A DNA stretch of 53,112 nt from Actinomycetota bacterium (GCA_046094825.1 JBJTIF010000078.1:1-53112), one strand, 5' to 3'. Positions 9,045 to 19,474 are shown, counted from the stretch's first letter. Notes: generated from the letters alone by a model not told the origin. Numbers and translations are program-made.

Positions 9045-9748
9045 GGATCCGCACCGGTGCGGCGACCGACGTCGGTCGCGTCCGCGAGGGCAACGAGGAC
9101 GCGTTCCTCGTCACGGACCGGTTCGTCGCCGTCGCCGACGGCATGGGCGGCCACCTCGGCGGGGAGGTCGCCTCGAACCTCGCCCTCGAGGTCTTCGCGG
9201 CGCTCACCGAGCGCGGGGAGGGCGATCTCGCGTCGCGCATCGTCGAGGCGAACCGCGCGGTCCTCGAGCGCTCGCGGCGCGACCGAGAGGTCTCCGGGAT
9301 GGGGACGACGTTCACGGTCATCGCGTTCGAAGGCGGCGTCGGTCGGCTCGCGCACGTCGGCGACTCGCGCGCGTACCGGTTCCGCGCCGGCGAGCTCGTC
9401 GCGCTCACCGAGGACCACACGCTCGTGCGACGGCTCGTCGCGGCGGGCGAGATCACGGAGGAGGAGGCGCGCGCGCACCCGCAGCGGAGCGTCGTCACGC
9501 GCGCGCTCGGGGCCGATCCCGACGTCGAGGTCGACGAGGGGCAGCTCGACCTCCGCCCGGGTGACCGCTACCTCCTGTGCAGCGACGGGCTCACCGGGAT
9601 GGTGGCCGAGGACGCGATCGCGGCGGTGCTCGCCGCGGAGGCCGACCCCGACGCGGCGGCGCGGCACCTCGTCGACGCGGCGAACGCGGGTGGCGGCCAC
9701 GACAACATCACCGTCGTGATCGCCGACGTCGTCGACGACGCGTCGTGA
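9041..9748 (+). CDS. pstP: PP2C-family Ser/Thr phosphatase (no TM anchor)
   Basis: GRVREGNED, VADGMGG, HVGDSR, LLCSDGL, GGHDNIT; GTGA overlap. Confidence 0.92.
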   Translation: MRIRTGAATDVGRVREGNEDAFLVTDRFVAVADGMGGHLGGEVASNLALEVFAALTERGEGDLASRIVEANRAVLERSRRDREVSGMGTTFTVIAFEGGVGRLAHVGDSRAYRFRAGELVALTEDHTLVRRLVAAGEITEEEARAHPQRSVVTRALGADPDVEVDEGQLDLRPGDRYLLCSDGLTGMVAEDAIAAVLAAEADPDAAARHLVDAANAGGGHDNITVVIADVVDDAS

Positions 9749-11040
9749 ACCTCCGCGCCGCGCCGGCCGGGCCGCGCGCGGCCCTCCGCAGCGCCGGCCC
9801 ACCGCTCGCCGCGCTCGCGATCGCGCTCCTCGCGTACCTGCTCGCCGGCGTCGGCTCGCGCGGCCAGGTGCCGCGGACCTTCCCGCTCTACGCGGCGCTG
9901 CTCGCGCTCGCGCTCGGCGGCGCATGGGTCGGCGCCCGGCGGCGCGCGCCGGGCGCCGACCCACGGGTCGTGCCCGTCGCGTTCGCGCTCATCGGCCTCG
10001 GGTTCGCGGAGATCTTCCGGCTCTCGGGTGGCCTCGCCGCGGAGCAGGCGACGTGGATCCTCGTCGGCGCCGCGGCGTTCGTCGCGACGCTCTGGTTCGT
10101 CCGCGACCACCGACAGCTCGACGCCGCGACGTACACGATCGGCCTCGGCGCACTCGCGCTCCTGTTCCTCCCGATGGTCCCGGGCATCGGCGCAACGATC
10201 AACGGGGCGCGGCTCTGGGTGCGGGTCGGGCCGCTCGGCTTCCAGCCCTCGGAGATCGCGAAGGTGCTCCTCGTGGTCTTCCTCGCGAGCTTCCTCGCGC
10301 AGCGCCGGGAGCTCCTCGCCGGCGCGGCGGCGGGCCGCGCCGGTCTGCCCCCCCTCCGCCACCTCGCGCCGCTCCTCGTCGCCTGGGGCGCGTCGCTCGG
10401 CGTCCTGTTCTTCCAGCGCGACATGGGGGCGTCGCTCCTGTTCTTCGGCATCTTCGTCGCGATGCTCTGGGTTGCGACCGGACGCACGGCGTACCTCGTC
10501 GTCGGCGTCGCGCTCTTCGCGGTCGGTGCAGGCATCGGCTACGCCGTCTTCGATCACGTGCAGCTCCGCGTCGACGTGTGGCTCCACGCGCTCGATCCCG
10601 ACCGCGTGTACGGCGCGGGCTACGGGCAGCTCGCACAGGCGCAGTTCGGGATGGCGACCGGGGGCATCCTCGGGAGCGGCCCGGGTCGCGGGTCGCCCGG
10701 GCTCATCCCGTTCGCGGCGACGGACTTCATCTTCGCGGCGATCGGCGAGGAGCTCGGACTCGTCGGCACGACCGCGGTGCTCCTGCTCTTCGCGGTGCTC
10801 GTCGGCCGCGGCCTGCGCGTCGCGGTGCGGGCGCGCGACGACTTCGGCACGCTCCTCGCGGCGGGACTCGCGACGATCCTCGGGTTCCAGGCGTTCGTGA
10901 TCGCGGGCGGTGTGACGCGGGTGATCCCGCTCACCGGCGTGACGCTCCCGTTCGTGTCGTACGGCGGGTCGAGCCTCGTCGCGAACTCGGTGCTCCTCGC
11001 GCTCCTCGTGCGGGTGTCGGCCGATCGGCGGGGTCCGTGA
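9745..11040 (+). CDS. rodA: SEDS family peptidoglycan glycosyltransferase RodA
   Basis: NGARLW, FQPSEIAK, RDMG, TDFIF, IPLTGVTLPFVSYGGSS. Confidence 0.93.
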   Translation: MNLRAAPAGPRAALRSAGPPLAALAIALLAYLLAGVGSRGQVPRTFPLYAALLALALGGAWVGARRRAPGADPRVVPVAFALIGLGFAEIFRLSGGLAAEQATWILVGAAAFVATLWFVRDHRQLDAATYTIGLGALALLFLPMVPGIGATINGARLWVRVGPLGFQPSEIAKVLLVVFLASFLAQRRELLAGAAAGRAGLPPLRHLAPLLVAWGASLGVLFFQRDMGASLLFFGIFVAMLWVATGRTAYLVVGVALFAVGAGIGYAVFDHVQLRVDVWLHALDPDRVYGAGYGQLAQAQFGMATGGILGSGPGRGSPGLIPFAATDFIFAAIGEELGLVGTTAVLLLFAVLVGRGLRVAVRARDDFGTLLAAGLATILGFQAFVIAGGVTRVIPLTGVTLPFVSYGGSSLVANSVLLALLVRVSADRRGP

Positions 11041-12533
11041 TGGACGCGCGGATCCGCCGCCTCGGCATCGCGCTCCTCGCCCTGCTGGGACTCGTGTTCG
11101 CGCAGGTGAACCGGATCCAGGTCGTCGCGGCGGAGTCGATCGCCGCGAACCCCGCGAACGCGGCGCGACGCATCGTCGCCGACCTCGAGGTCGCGCGCGG
11201 TCGCATCCTCGCGCGCGACGGCGTGACGGTGCTCGCGGAGAGCCGCCCGGTCGGCGACGGCCGGTACCGGCGCGTGTACCCCGCGGGGCCGCTCTACGCG
11301 CCCGTCACCGGTCACCGTTCGTTCATCTACGGGCCGACGCGGGTCGAGCGCGCGGCCGACGATGCACTCGCGGGGCGGTCGGCCGCCCTCCTGCCCGCGA
11401 CGCTCGTCGACCGCATCCTCGGGACCCCCCGCGCCGGAGGCGACGTCGTGACGACGATCGACCCCGAGCTGCAGCGCGCGGCCGCCGACGCGCTCGGCGA
11501 CCGCCCCGGGGCCGTCGTCGCGATCGACCCAGCGACCGGCGACGTCCTCGCGCTCGTCGCGAACCCGTCGTACGACCCGAACCGCCTCGCCGGGCTGCGG
11601 GGTGAGCCGGTGCGCGCCGCATGGGACGAACTCACCGCCGATCCGGCGCAGCCCCTCCTGTCGCGCGCGAGCGAGGAGCTCTACCCGCCCGGCTCGACGT
11701 TCAAGATCATCACGGCGGCGGCGGCGCTCGCGGCCGGGTACGGGCCGCAGAGCCGCTGGCCGAACCCCACGTCGCTCGACCTCCCCGACACGACGGCGGC
11801 GCTCGACAACTTCGGCGGCACGCGATGCCTGGGTGCCGCCGAGGAGATCACGCTCGCCGACGCGTTCCGCGTGTCGTGCAACGTGACGTTCGGGGAGATC
11901 GGGCTCGCGCTCGGGCCGGAGCGGCTCGTCGCGCAGGCGCGCGCGTTCGGATTCGGCGCGGACCCCGGAGCCCACCTCATCCCCTTCGATCTCCCCGCCG
12001 CGGGCGGCGTCGTCCCCGATGCCACCGCCTTCGCCGACCGCCGCCCGGCGGTCGCGATCTCGGCGATCGGGCAGGCGGACGTCCTCGCGAACCCGCTCCA
12101 GATGGCGCTCGTGTCGGCGGCGGTCGCGAACGGCGGGGTCCTCATGCGGCCGCGCCTGCTCCTCGAGGTCCGCGACCCCTCCGGCGCGGTCGTCGAGCGG
12201 TTCGGGACCGAGGCGTGGGGACGCCCGATGACGCCGGAGGACGCGCGCGCGCTCGCCGAGCTCATGGCGTCGGTGGTGGCCGCAGGCACGGGGACGGCCG
12301 CCGCGATCGACGGCGTCGTCGTCGCGGGCAAGACCGGCACCGCGCAGCACGGGGGTGGTCCGATCCCGCACGCGTGGTTCACGGGCTTCGCCCCGCTCGG
12401 AGGTCCCGTCGCCGCCGTCGCGGTCCTCGTGCTCGACGGCGGTAGCCTTGGCAGCGAGGCGACCGGTGGGCGGGTCGCAGCGCCGGTCGCGAGGGCGGTC
12501 CTCGCGGCGGCCCTCGCGATGGGAGCTCCGTGA
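11040..12533 (+). CDS. pbpA: Class B penicillin-binding protein PbpA
   Basis: RGRI, PGSTFK (SxxK), SCN (SxN), KTGT; TGATG overlap with rodA. Confidence 0.92.
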   Translation: MDARIRRLGIALLALLGLVFAQVNRIQVVAAESIAANPANAARRIVADLEVARGRILARDGVTVLAESRPVGDGRYRRVYPAGPLYAPVTGHRSFIYGPTRVERAADDALAGRSAALLPATLVDRILGTPRAGGDVVTTIDPELQRAAADALGDRPGAVVAIDPATGDVLALVANPSYDPNRLAGLRGEPVRAAWDELTADPAQPLLSRASEELYPPGSTFKIITAAAALAAGYGPQSRWPNPTSLDLPDTTAALDNFGGTRCLGAAEEITLADAFRVSCNVTFGEIGLALGPERLVAQARAFGFGADPGAHLIPFDLPAAGGVVPDATAFADRRPAVAISAIGQADVLANPLQMALVSAAVANGGVLMRPRLLLEVRDPSGAVVERFGTEAWGRPMTPEDARALAELMASVVAAGTGTAAAIDGVVVAGKTGTAQHGGGPIPHAWFTGFAPLGGPVAAVAVLVLDGGSLGSEATGGRVAAPVARAVLAAALAMGAP

Positions 12534-14224
12534 GCGACGAACCGATCCTCCTCGCCAACCGGTACCGCGTCGAGCGCGAGCTCGGGCGCGGCGGCATGGC
12601 GAAGGTCTACCGCGGGACCGACACGGTCCTCGGTCGTCCGGTCGCGATCAAGCTCCTCGCCACGCAGTACGCGGAGGACGCCGACTTCGTCGCGCGGTTC
12701 CGCCGCGAGGCGCAGGCGGCGGCGCGACTGAACCACCCGAACCTCGTCGGCGTGTACGACACGGGCACCGACGAGGGCGTGCACTTCATCGTCATGGAGT
12801 ACGTCGAGGGTCGCACGCTCGCGGACTTCCTCGAGGGCGGCGGTCGCGTCGCCCCGGGACGCGCGGCCGAGATCGCCGACCTCGTCCTGCGCGCGCTCCA
12901 GGCGGCGCACGCGCAGGGCGTGATCCACCGCGACATCAAGCCGGCGAACATCATGATCACGCCCGCCGGAGAGGTGAAGGTGACCGACTTCGGCATCGCA
13001 CGCCTCTCGAGCGGGACCGAGACGCTCGCCGCGACCTCGGCGGTCCTCGGGACCGCGTCCTACCTCGCGCCCGAGCAGGCGCGGAGCGAACCCGTCGACG
13101 GGCGCGCCGACCTCTACGCGCTCGGCTGCGTCCTCTACGAGATGGTGACGGGGCGGCCACCGTTCACCGGGGACTCCGCCGTCTCCGTCGCGTCGAAGCA
13201 CGTCCTCGAGATCCCCGAGCCGCCGTCGGCGCTCAACCGCGACGTGTCGGCGGACCTCGAAGCTGTGATCCTCCGCGCGCTCGCGAAGGACCCCCAGGAC
13301 CGCTACGCGACCGCCGACGAGATGCGGCGCGACCTCGGTCGGGCGATGCGCGGCGAACCCGTCGCGGCGCCGGGGCCGGAGGCGACCGCGACCCAGGTGC
13401 TGCCGCGCGGCGCGTCGGCGGGCGGCCGCGGCGGGGCCCCGGCGCCGCGCCGGAAGCGCTCGTGGGCGCAGACGCTCGTCCTCCTCCTCACGGCGGTCGG
13501 CGCGATCGCCGGCCTGTTCCTCCTCACCCGCGCGATCGTGGGCGACCGCGTCTCGCAGGTCGTCGTCCCGAGCGTCCTCGACCTCCAGCTCACCGACGCG
13601 CGCGACATCCTCGAGGGCGCGACGCTCACCGTCGCGCCCTCGATCGTCGAGGTCGTCGACACGACGCGCGAGCCCGGCACGGTCATCGAGCAGGATCCCG
13701 CCGCGGGCGCGACGGTGGCCGAGGGCACGGCGGTCGTCCTCACGGTCGTCGTCCTGCCCGAGAGCGTCGAGGTGCCCGAGATCGTCGGCCTGTCCGAGAC
13801 GGATGCGAAGGCGGCCCTCCGCGAGGCGGGATTCGTCGTCGGCGACGTCGTGAGCGAGGCGAGCGAGGTCGTGCCCCTCGGCCAGGCGGTCGGGACCGAC
13901 CCCTCGGCGGGCTCGCCGCTCGCGTACGGCGCGACGGTGACGCTGCGGATGTCCTCGGGCGTCGGCACCGTCGTCGTGCCCGACGTCCGGTGCCAGTCCT
14001 TCGGCACCGCGTCCTCGGCGCTCCGCGACGCCGGGCTCAACCCGACGATCTCCGAGACGACCGTCGCGCAGAACCCGCTCTGCCCGAACACGAGCCGCGT
14101 CGCCTCGCAGGACCCGCTCCCCGGGACCGAGGTCGATGCCGGCACGACCGTGATCCTCTACGGCGGCTCGACGGAGACCTCGCCCTCCCCGACGACGTCG
14201 CCGACCGCCTCGCCGACGCCGTGA
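12530..14224 (+). CDS. pknB: PASTA-domain Ser/Thr kinase PknB/Stk1
   Basis: GRGGMA, HRDIKPAN, DFG, APE; TM; about three PASTA repeats (VPSV/VPEIVG/VPDV). Confidence 0.95.
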   Translation: MSDEPILLANRYRVERELGRGGMAKVYRGTDTVLGRPVAIKLLATQYAEDADFVARFRREAQAAARLNHPNLVGVYDTGTDEGVHFIVMEYVEGRTLADFLEGGGRVAPGRAAEIADLVLRALQAAHAQGVIHRDIKPANIMITPAGEVKVTDFGIARLSSGTETLAATSAVLGTASYLAPEQARSEPVDGRADLYALGCVLYEMVTGRPPFTGDSAVSVASKHVLEIPEPPSALNRDVSADLEAVILRALAKDPQDRYATADEMRRDLGRAMRGEPVAAPGPEATATQVLPRGASAGGRGGAPAPRRKRSWAQTLVLLLTAVGAIAGLFLLTRAIVGDRVSQVVVPSVLDLQLTDARDILEGATLTVAPSIVEVVDTTREPGTVIEQDPAAGATVAEGTAVVLTVVVLPESVEVPEIVGLSETDAKAALREAGFVVGDVVSEASEVVPLGQAVGTDPSAGSPLAYGATVTLRMSSGVGTVVVPDVRCQSFGTASSALRDAGLNPTISETTVAQNPLCPNTSRVASQDPLPGTEVDAGTTVILYGGSTETSPSPTTSPTASPTP

Positions 14225-15828
14225 CCCTCTGGTTCGCCGGCGAGACGTTCACCGACGAGGAGCGCGCGCGCCTCGTGCCGTACTTCACCGACCTCGAGGG
14301 TCCGGTGTTCGCGCTCACGAACCTGCCCGAGGTCGTGAAGGGCGCGCTCTTCGCGCGGTACTCGCGGACGACGAAGTCCCTGCGCCGGCTCTTCCTCGAC
14401 GAGTTCGCCGAGCAGCTCGCGACCGGGCACGCCCCCGGGCTCGAGGGCGTGAAGGTGGACGCCGCCGAGCGGCTCTACGAGCGCGTGTTCTTCGAGTACG
14501 GCGACGACTCCGTCGCGCAGCTCGGCGGCGTCCACCTCGCGTGCGAGCAGGCGTCGCAGCTCCTCGCGAAGGTCATCGAACGGGGCCGGATCGCCGCGTA
14601 CCTCGAGCAGTCGACCCGCTACCTGCGCTACGACGACCGCCCCGGCGGCCGCCTGCGCCTCACCGTCCCGCCCGAGCTCGCGGGCACCGCGGCGGGCGAG
14701 CGCTACGTCGAGGCGGCGGAGCGCACGTTCGCCGCGTACGGCGCGATGTTCGAACCGCTCGCGGCGTACTTCCGCGAGCGGTTCCCGAAGGATGCCGCCG
14801 ACCCCGATCCGGTCTACCGGGCGACGATCACCGCGAAGACGTGCGACGCGCTCCGGATGCTCCTGCCCGCCGGTACGCGCTCGAACCTCGGCGTCTACGC
14901 GAGCGGCCAGTCGTACGAGCAGATGCTCCTGCGGATGCGCGCGCACCCGCTCGCCGAGGTGCGCGCCTACGCCGACCGCATCCTCGTGGAGCTGCGGAAG
15001 GTCATACCGGCCTTCCTGAAGCGCGTCGACCTCGAGGACCGGGGCGTCGCCTGGAGCCGCTACCTCGCGGAGACCCGCGTCGCGAGCGCCGAGATCGCCG
15101 CGCGCTACACCGCCGGCATGGAACCCGGACCTCGCGACCTCGTGACGCTCACCGACTACGACCCCCTCGGCGAGGAGAAGGTCGTCGCCGCCGCGCTCTA
15201 CGCGCACACGGATCTCCCCGACGACCGCCTCGGGTCGCTCGCGCACACGATGAGCGGTTCGGAGCGCCTCGCGGTCCTGCGCGCGGCGATCGGCGACCGC
15301 GGCAACCGCCGGCACAAGCCGGGTCGCGCGTTCGAGCGCACCTCCTACCGGTTCGACGTCCTCTGCGACTACGGGGCGTTCCGCGACCTGCAGCGCCACC
15401 GCCCGATGACGATCGAGTGGCAGCGCCTGTCCCCCGCGCACGGCTACGAGACGCCGCCCGCGATCGAGGAGGCCGGCCTCGCCGGCCCGTGGCACGACGC
15501 GATGGCCGACAGCGCGGCGACGTGGTCGGTCGTCGCCGGCGAGGCCGGCCCCGACGTCGCGCAGTACGCGGTCGCGATGGCCTACCGCGTCCGGTTCACG
15601 ATGCAGATGACCGCGCGCCAGGCGATGCACCTCATCGAGCTCCGGTCCTCGCCGCAGGGCCACCCGACGTACCGACGGGTCGCCCAGGCGATGCACGACC
15701 TCATCGCGTCGACCGCCGGGCACCGCGCGATCGCGGCGGCGATGACGTACGTCTCGCACGAGGACGTCGACCTCGAGCGCCTCGAGGCGGAGCGCCGCGC
15801 GGCCGCGCGGCGCGACGGCTCGGGCTAA
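14221..15828 (+). CDS. thyX: FAD-dependent thymidylate synthase, tandem-domain type
   Basis: YGDDSVAQL, ERGRIAAYLEQSTRY, second domain DYGAFRDLQRHR and ELRSSPQGH; ~535 aa; GTGA overlap with pknB. Confidence 0.88.
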   Translation: MTLWFAGETFTDEERARLVPYFTDLEGPVFALTNLPEVVKGALFARYSRTTKSLRRLFLDEFAEQLATGHAPGLEGVKVDAAERLYERVFFEYGDDSVAQLGGVHLACEQASQLLAKVIERGRIAAYLEQSTRYLRYDDRPGGRLRLTVPPELAGTAAGERYVEAAERTFAAYGAMFEPLAAYFRERFPKDAADPDPVYRATITAKTCDALRMLLPAGTRSNLGVYASGQSYEQMLLRMRAHPLAEVRAYADRILVELRKVIPAFLKRVDLEDRGVAWSRYLAETRVASAEIAARYTAGMEPGPRDLVTLTDYDPLGEEKVVAAALYAHTDLPDDRLGSLAHTMSGSERLAVLRAAIGDRGNRRHKPGRAFERTSYRFDVLCDYGAFRDLQRHRPMTIEWQRLSPAHGYETPPAIEEAGLAGPWHDAMADSAATWSVVAGEAGPDVAQYAVAMAYRVRFTMQMTARQAMHLIELRSSPQGHPTYRRVAQAMHDLIASTAGHRAIAAAMTYVSHEDVDLERLEAERRAAARRDGSG

Positions 15829-15840
15829 CCTCCCGGGACG

Positions 15841-15951
15841 ATGGACCGTCAGACCCTCCTCCTCGTCGCGCTCGGCGCGCTCGCCGTCGCCGCCGCGATC
15901 GTCGCGATCGCCGGGTGGGTCCTCCTCGCGCGGAGCCGGCGGTCCCGGTGA
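15841..15951 (+). CDS. Small single-TM protein (36 aa)
   Basis: MDRQTLLLVALGALAVAAAIVAIAGWVLLARSRRSR; host-like codons; GTGA overlap with next gene. Confidence 0.65.
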   Translation: MDRQTLLLVALGALAVAAAIVAIAGWVLLARSRRSR

Positions 15952-16808
15952 GGCTCCGCGGCGCGATCGCGGCGGCGCTCACGCCGCTCGAGGCCGGCGG
16001 CGTCGGCCTCGACGACCGCGCGATCGAGCCGATGGTGGCGTTCCTCGTCGAGGGCGGCGTCGACGGCGTCCTCGTCGCGGGGACGACCGGCGAGGGCGTC
16101 CTCCTCACGCTCGAGGAACGCCGCCGGCTCACCGAACGGATCCTCGCCGCGCGGCCGAGCGGCTTCGCGGTCGCCGTCCACTGCGGCGCGCAGACGACCG
16201 CCGACACCGTCGCGCTCGCGGCGCACGCGCGCGCGACCGGCGTCGATGCCGTCGCGGTCATCGCCCCGCCGTACTTCCCGCTCGACGACGGAGAGGTGTT
16301 CGCGCACCTGCTCGCCGCCGCGCACGCCGCGGACCCGCTCCCGTTCTACGTGTACGAGTTCCGGGCGCGGAGCGGGTACGCGATCCCCGTCGCCGTCGTC
16401 GAACGTCTCCGCGCCGACGCGGGCAACGTCGCGGGGATGAAGGTCTCCGACACCCCCTGGGAGGCGGTCGAGCCGTACCTCCTCGAGGGGCTCGACGTGT
16501 TCGTCGGATCCGAGCCCCTCGCGCTCCGCGCGCTCGGCGCGGGCGGCGCGGGATCGGTCTCGGGCCTCGCGGCGGCGTTCCCGGAGATCGTCGCCGCGCT
16601 CGTCCACGAGCGGAGCGAGGACGCGCACGCGAAGGTGACGCTCCTGCGCGATCGGCTCGCGGGCATCCCGTTCCACGCGGCGCTGAAGGCCGTCCTCGGC
16701 GCGCGGGGCGTGCCGGTCGGCGGCGCGGTCCGGGCGCCGCTCCGCGGCCTCACGGCCGCCGAGCGGGAGACGGCCCTCGCCGCCGCCCGCGAGGTCGGCG
16801 CGCTCTAG
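15948..16808 (+). CDS. Dihydrodipicolinate synthase/NAL-family class I aldolase
   Basis: AALTP, GTTGEG, PPYF, Schiff-base Lys in GMKVS. Confidence 0.85.
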   Translation: MRLRGAIAAALTPLEAGGVGLDDRAIEPMVAFLVEGGVDGVLVAGTTGEGVLLTLEERRRLTERILAARPSGFAVAVHCGAQTTADTVALAAHARATGVDAVAVIAPPYFPLDDGEVFAHLLAAAHAADPLPFYVYEFRARSGYAIPVAVVERLRADAGNVAGMKVSDTPWEAVEPYLLEGLDVFVGSEPLALRALGAGGAGSVSGLAAAFPEIVAALVHERSEDAHAKVTLLRDRLAGIPFHAALKAVLGARGVPVGGAVRAPLRGLTAAERETALAAAREVGAL

Positions 16809-17365
16809 GCGCCGCCCGCGCCCTCCCGCGCGCGCCACTCGTCCTCGAGCAGCCCGTACACGACGAGGTCGTAGAACCCGTCCGTGCCCTTCCCCGCACC
16901 GCGGAGCACGCCCTCCTCGCGGAACCCGAGCCGCTCGGGGATCGCGCGGCTCCGCGCGTTGCCGACGCCGGCGCGGATCGTGATCCGGTGGAGTCCGAGG
17001 CGCTCGAACCCCTCGCGGAGGAGCACCCGCACCGCCTCGGTGACGAGCCCACGCCCCTCGTGGTCGGGGCGGACCCAGTACCCGATCTCGCCGTCGATCC
17101 GGAACGGGTCGACCGTGAGTCCCGCACCGCCGACGACCGCGTCCCCGACGAAGATGCCGAGCCCGTCGCGCTCGTCCGGGTCCATCCGCAGACGACGGAT
17201 CCACGCCTCCTCGTCACGGCTCGATCGGGTGAGCGCGACCCACGGGAACCACGTGCCGAGGCGCGTGCGATCGGCGTCGACGACCGCGAACAGCGCCGCC
17301 GCGTCGTCGATGGTGAACCGGCGGAGCACCGCGCCGCCGGGGAGCGCCGCGGGCAGGTCCGTCAC
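16805..17365 (-). CDS. RimJ/RimL-family GNAT N-acetyltransferase
   Basis: EIGYW, GRGLVTEA, NARSRAIPERLGFREEG. Confidence 0.88.
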   Translation of the reverse strand: MTDLPAALPGGAVLRRFTIDDAAALFAVVDADRTRLGTWFPWVALTRSSRDEEAWIRRLRMDPDERDGLGIFVGDAVVGGAGLTVDPFRIDGEIGYWVRPDHEGRGLVTEAVRVLLREGFERLGLHRITIRAGVGNARSRAIPERLGFREEGVLRGAGKGTDGFYDLVVYGLLEDEWRAREGAGGA

Positions 17366-19092
17366 GACGTCGGCGCAGCCGCGGCGGCCTTCGCCCGCTC
17401 CTCCTCGACGAGCACGCGGCGCAGGGTCTTGCCGATCACCGACACGGGCAGGTCGTCGCGGAACTCGACCGCCTTCGGCGCCCGGTAGCCGGTCAGGCCG
17501 CGCTCCGGGTCGCGCGCCCACTCGAGGAGCTCCGCCTCGGTGACGGCCATCCCCTCGCGCCGCACGACGAACGCCTTCACGGCCTCGCCGGTCCGCTCGT
17601 CGGGCACGCCGATCACCGCGCACTTCAGCACGGCGGGGTGGCGCAGGAGCACCTGCTCGACCTCGGTCGGGTAGACGTTGAAGCCGGAGACGATGACCAT
17701 CTCCTTCACGCGGTCGACGAGGCGGAAGAACCCGTCCGCGTCCATCGTCGCGACGTCGCCGGTGTGGAGCCATCCGTCGCGGATCATGAGCGCGGTCTCG
17801 TCGGGTCGCTGCCAGTAGCCGAGCATCACCTGCGGCCCGCGGATGCAGAGTTCGCCGGGCTCGCCGATCCCCACTTCGCGGTCGGGCTCCTCGAGGTCGA
17901 CGATCTTGCAGTCGGTGTCCGGCAGGGGAACGCCGACCGTGCCGATCCGGCCGGTGCCGTCGGTCGGGTTCACGTGCGTCGCGGGCGAGCACTCGGTGAG
18001 GCCGTAGCCCTCCGCGATGTTCGCCCCGCCGGTGATCTCGTGGAACCGCTCCGCGACGACCGGCGGGAGCGCGGCCGCGCCGGAGACGCACACCTTGATC
18101 GATCGCAGGTCGTGCTTCGCCGTCTTCGGCGACTCGTTCAGCGCCTGGTAGATCCGGGGGACGCCCGGGAAGAGCGTCGGCTTCTCCTTCGCGATGTCGT
18201 GGAGCGTCCGGTCGAGATCGAAGCGCGGCTGGATCACGAGCTTCATCGCGTACATGATCGCGAGCCCGAGCGACCCGGTGACGCCGTACGAGTGGAAGAA
18301 GGGCAGGATGCTCATGAGCGCGTCCTTGCCGTCCTCGATCTGGTCGCCGAACCACACGCCGGCCTGGCGGGAGTTCGTCGTCACGTTGAAGTGCGAGAGC
18401 ATCGCGCCCTTCGATACCCCCGTCGTGCCGCCCGTGTACACGAACGCCGCCGGGTCCTTGCGCGGATCGATCGTCGCGGCGACCGGCGCGACGCCGGCCT
18501 CGGCCAGCCACGAGGTCCAGCGACGGACCGGCGCGTCCGCGGCGACCGGCGGCCAGGGCTTGCCCTCGTGCTTCGCCTCGCGCTTGAACTTCAGCGGGGC
18601 GAGCTGCTTGAGCGGGAACTTCATGTAGTCGGTGACCGAGGTCACGATGACGTCGGTGATGCCGAGGCGCTCGAACACCGGCGCGTAGTTCGCGTAGAGC
18701 TGGTCGAGGCAGATCACGACCTTCGCGCCCGAGTCGCGGAGCTGGTGCTCCATCTCGCGCTGCGTGTAGAGCGGGTTGTTGCCGACGGCGATCGCGCCGA
18801 TCCGGACGGTGCCGTAGAAGGCGACGACGTACTGCGGGCAGTTCGGGAGGATGAACGCCACCCGGTCGCCCTTCGTGACCCCGAGGCCCGTGAGCGCGGC
18901 GGAGAACCGCTCCGCGTGGTCGAGGAGCGTGCGGTACGTCATGTGGGCGCCGAACCAGGCGGTCGCGACGTTGTCGGGGAACCGCCGGACGGCGGCCTCG
19001 AGCATCGAGAACACCGAGATCTCGGGGTAGGGCTCGAGCGAGTGCGGGATGCCCTTCGGGTACGAAGCGAACCACGGGCGGTGCTCGGTCAT
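17362..19092 (-). CDS. fadD: Long-chain fatty acid-CoA ligase
   Basis: YTGGTTGVSKG AMP-binding motif, EGYGLTE, GPQVMLGYW, TGD; GGAGGAGG SD. Confidence 0.92.
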   Translation of the reverse strand: MTEHRPWFASYPKGIPHSLEPYPEISVFSMLEAAVRRFPDNVATAWFGAHMTYRTLLDHAERFSAALTGLGVTKGDRVAFILPNCPQYVVAFYGTVRIGAIAVGNNPLYTQREMEHQLRDSGAKVVICLDQLYANYAPVFERLGITDVIVTSVTDYMKFPLKQLAPLKFKREAKHEGKPWPPVAADAPVRRWTSWLAEAGVAPVAATIDPRKDPAAFVYTGGTTGVSKGAMLSHFNVTTNSRQAGVWFGDQIEDGKDALMSILPFFHSYGVTGSLGLAIMYAMKLVIQPRFDLDRTLHDIAKEKPTLFPGVPRIYQALNESPKTAKHDLRSIKVCVSGAAALPPVVAERFHEITGGANIAEGYGLTECSPATHVNPTDGTGRIGTVGVPLPDTDCKIVDLEEPDREVGIGEPGELCIRGPQVMLGYWQRPDETALMIRDGWLHTGDVATMDADGFFRLVDRVKEMVIVSGFNVYPTEVEQVLLRHPAVLKCAVIGVPDERTGEAVKAFVVRREGMAVTEAELLEWARDPERGLTGYRAPKAVEFRDDLPVSVIGKTLRRVLVEEERAKAAAAAPTS

Positions 19093-19193
19093 GACCCCCT
19101 CCTCCGGTCCCCGCGCCGGCACCGGCGTGGGGGTCCGAGCATCATTCCAGACCCCCCGAGGACGGCACAAGACCGGGGCGGTAGCATCGCCGC

Positions 19194-19442
19194 GTGCCGA
19201 AATCGAAGACCCGCAAGCGCTCGACGCGCAGGCCCTACCTCCCGGCGGAGCAGCCCGTGAAGCGGCCGCGCTCGAGCCCCTCCTGGTACGGCTACCTCGT
19301 GCTCGGCTTCATCCTCGTGGGCGTCGCGGTCATCGTGCTCAACTACATGGGGATCATGCCCGGCGGCACGGAGCCGACGTGGCTCTGGGTCGGCCTCGGC
19401 GGCATCGGCATCGGGTTCGTCGCCGCGACGCAGTGGCGCTAG
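19194..19442 (+). CDS. crgA: Cell division membrane protein CrgA
   Basis: MPKSKTRK start, SPSWY, two TMs, C-terminal ATQWR; TAGCAT 6 nt upstream. Confidence 0.9.
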   Translation: MPKSKTRKRSTRRPYLPAEQPVKRPRSSPSWYGYLVLGFILVGVAVIVLNYMGIMPGGTEPTWLWVGLGGIGIGFVAATQWR

Positions 19443-19474
19443 GCATAGCCGCCGACGCTCCCACGCACGAACGC

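Noticed and set aside
15948-16808. dapA assignment
   Set aside because: YEFRARSG departs from the typical YNxPxRT; family-level call only
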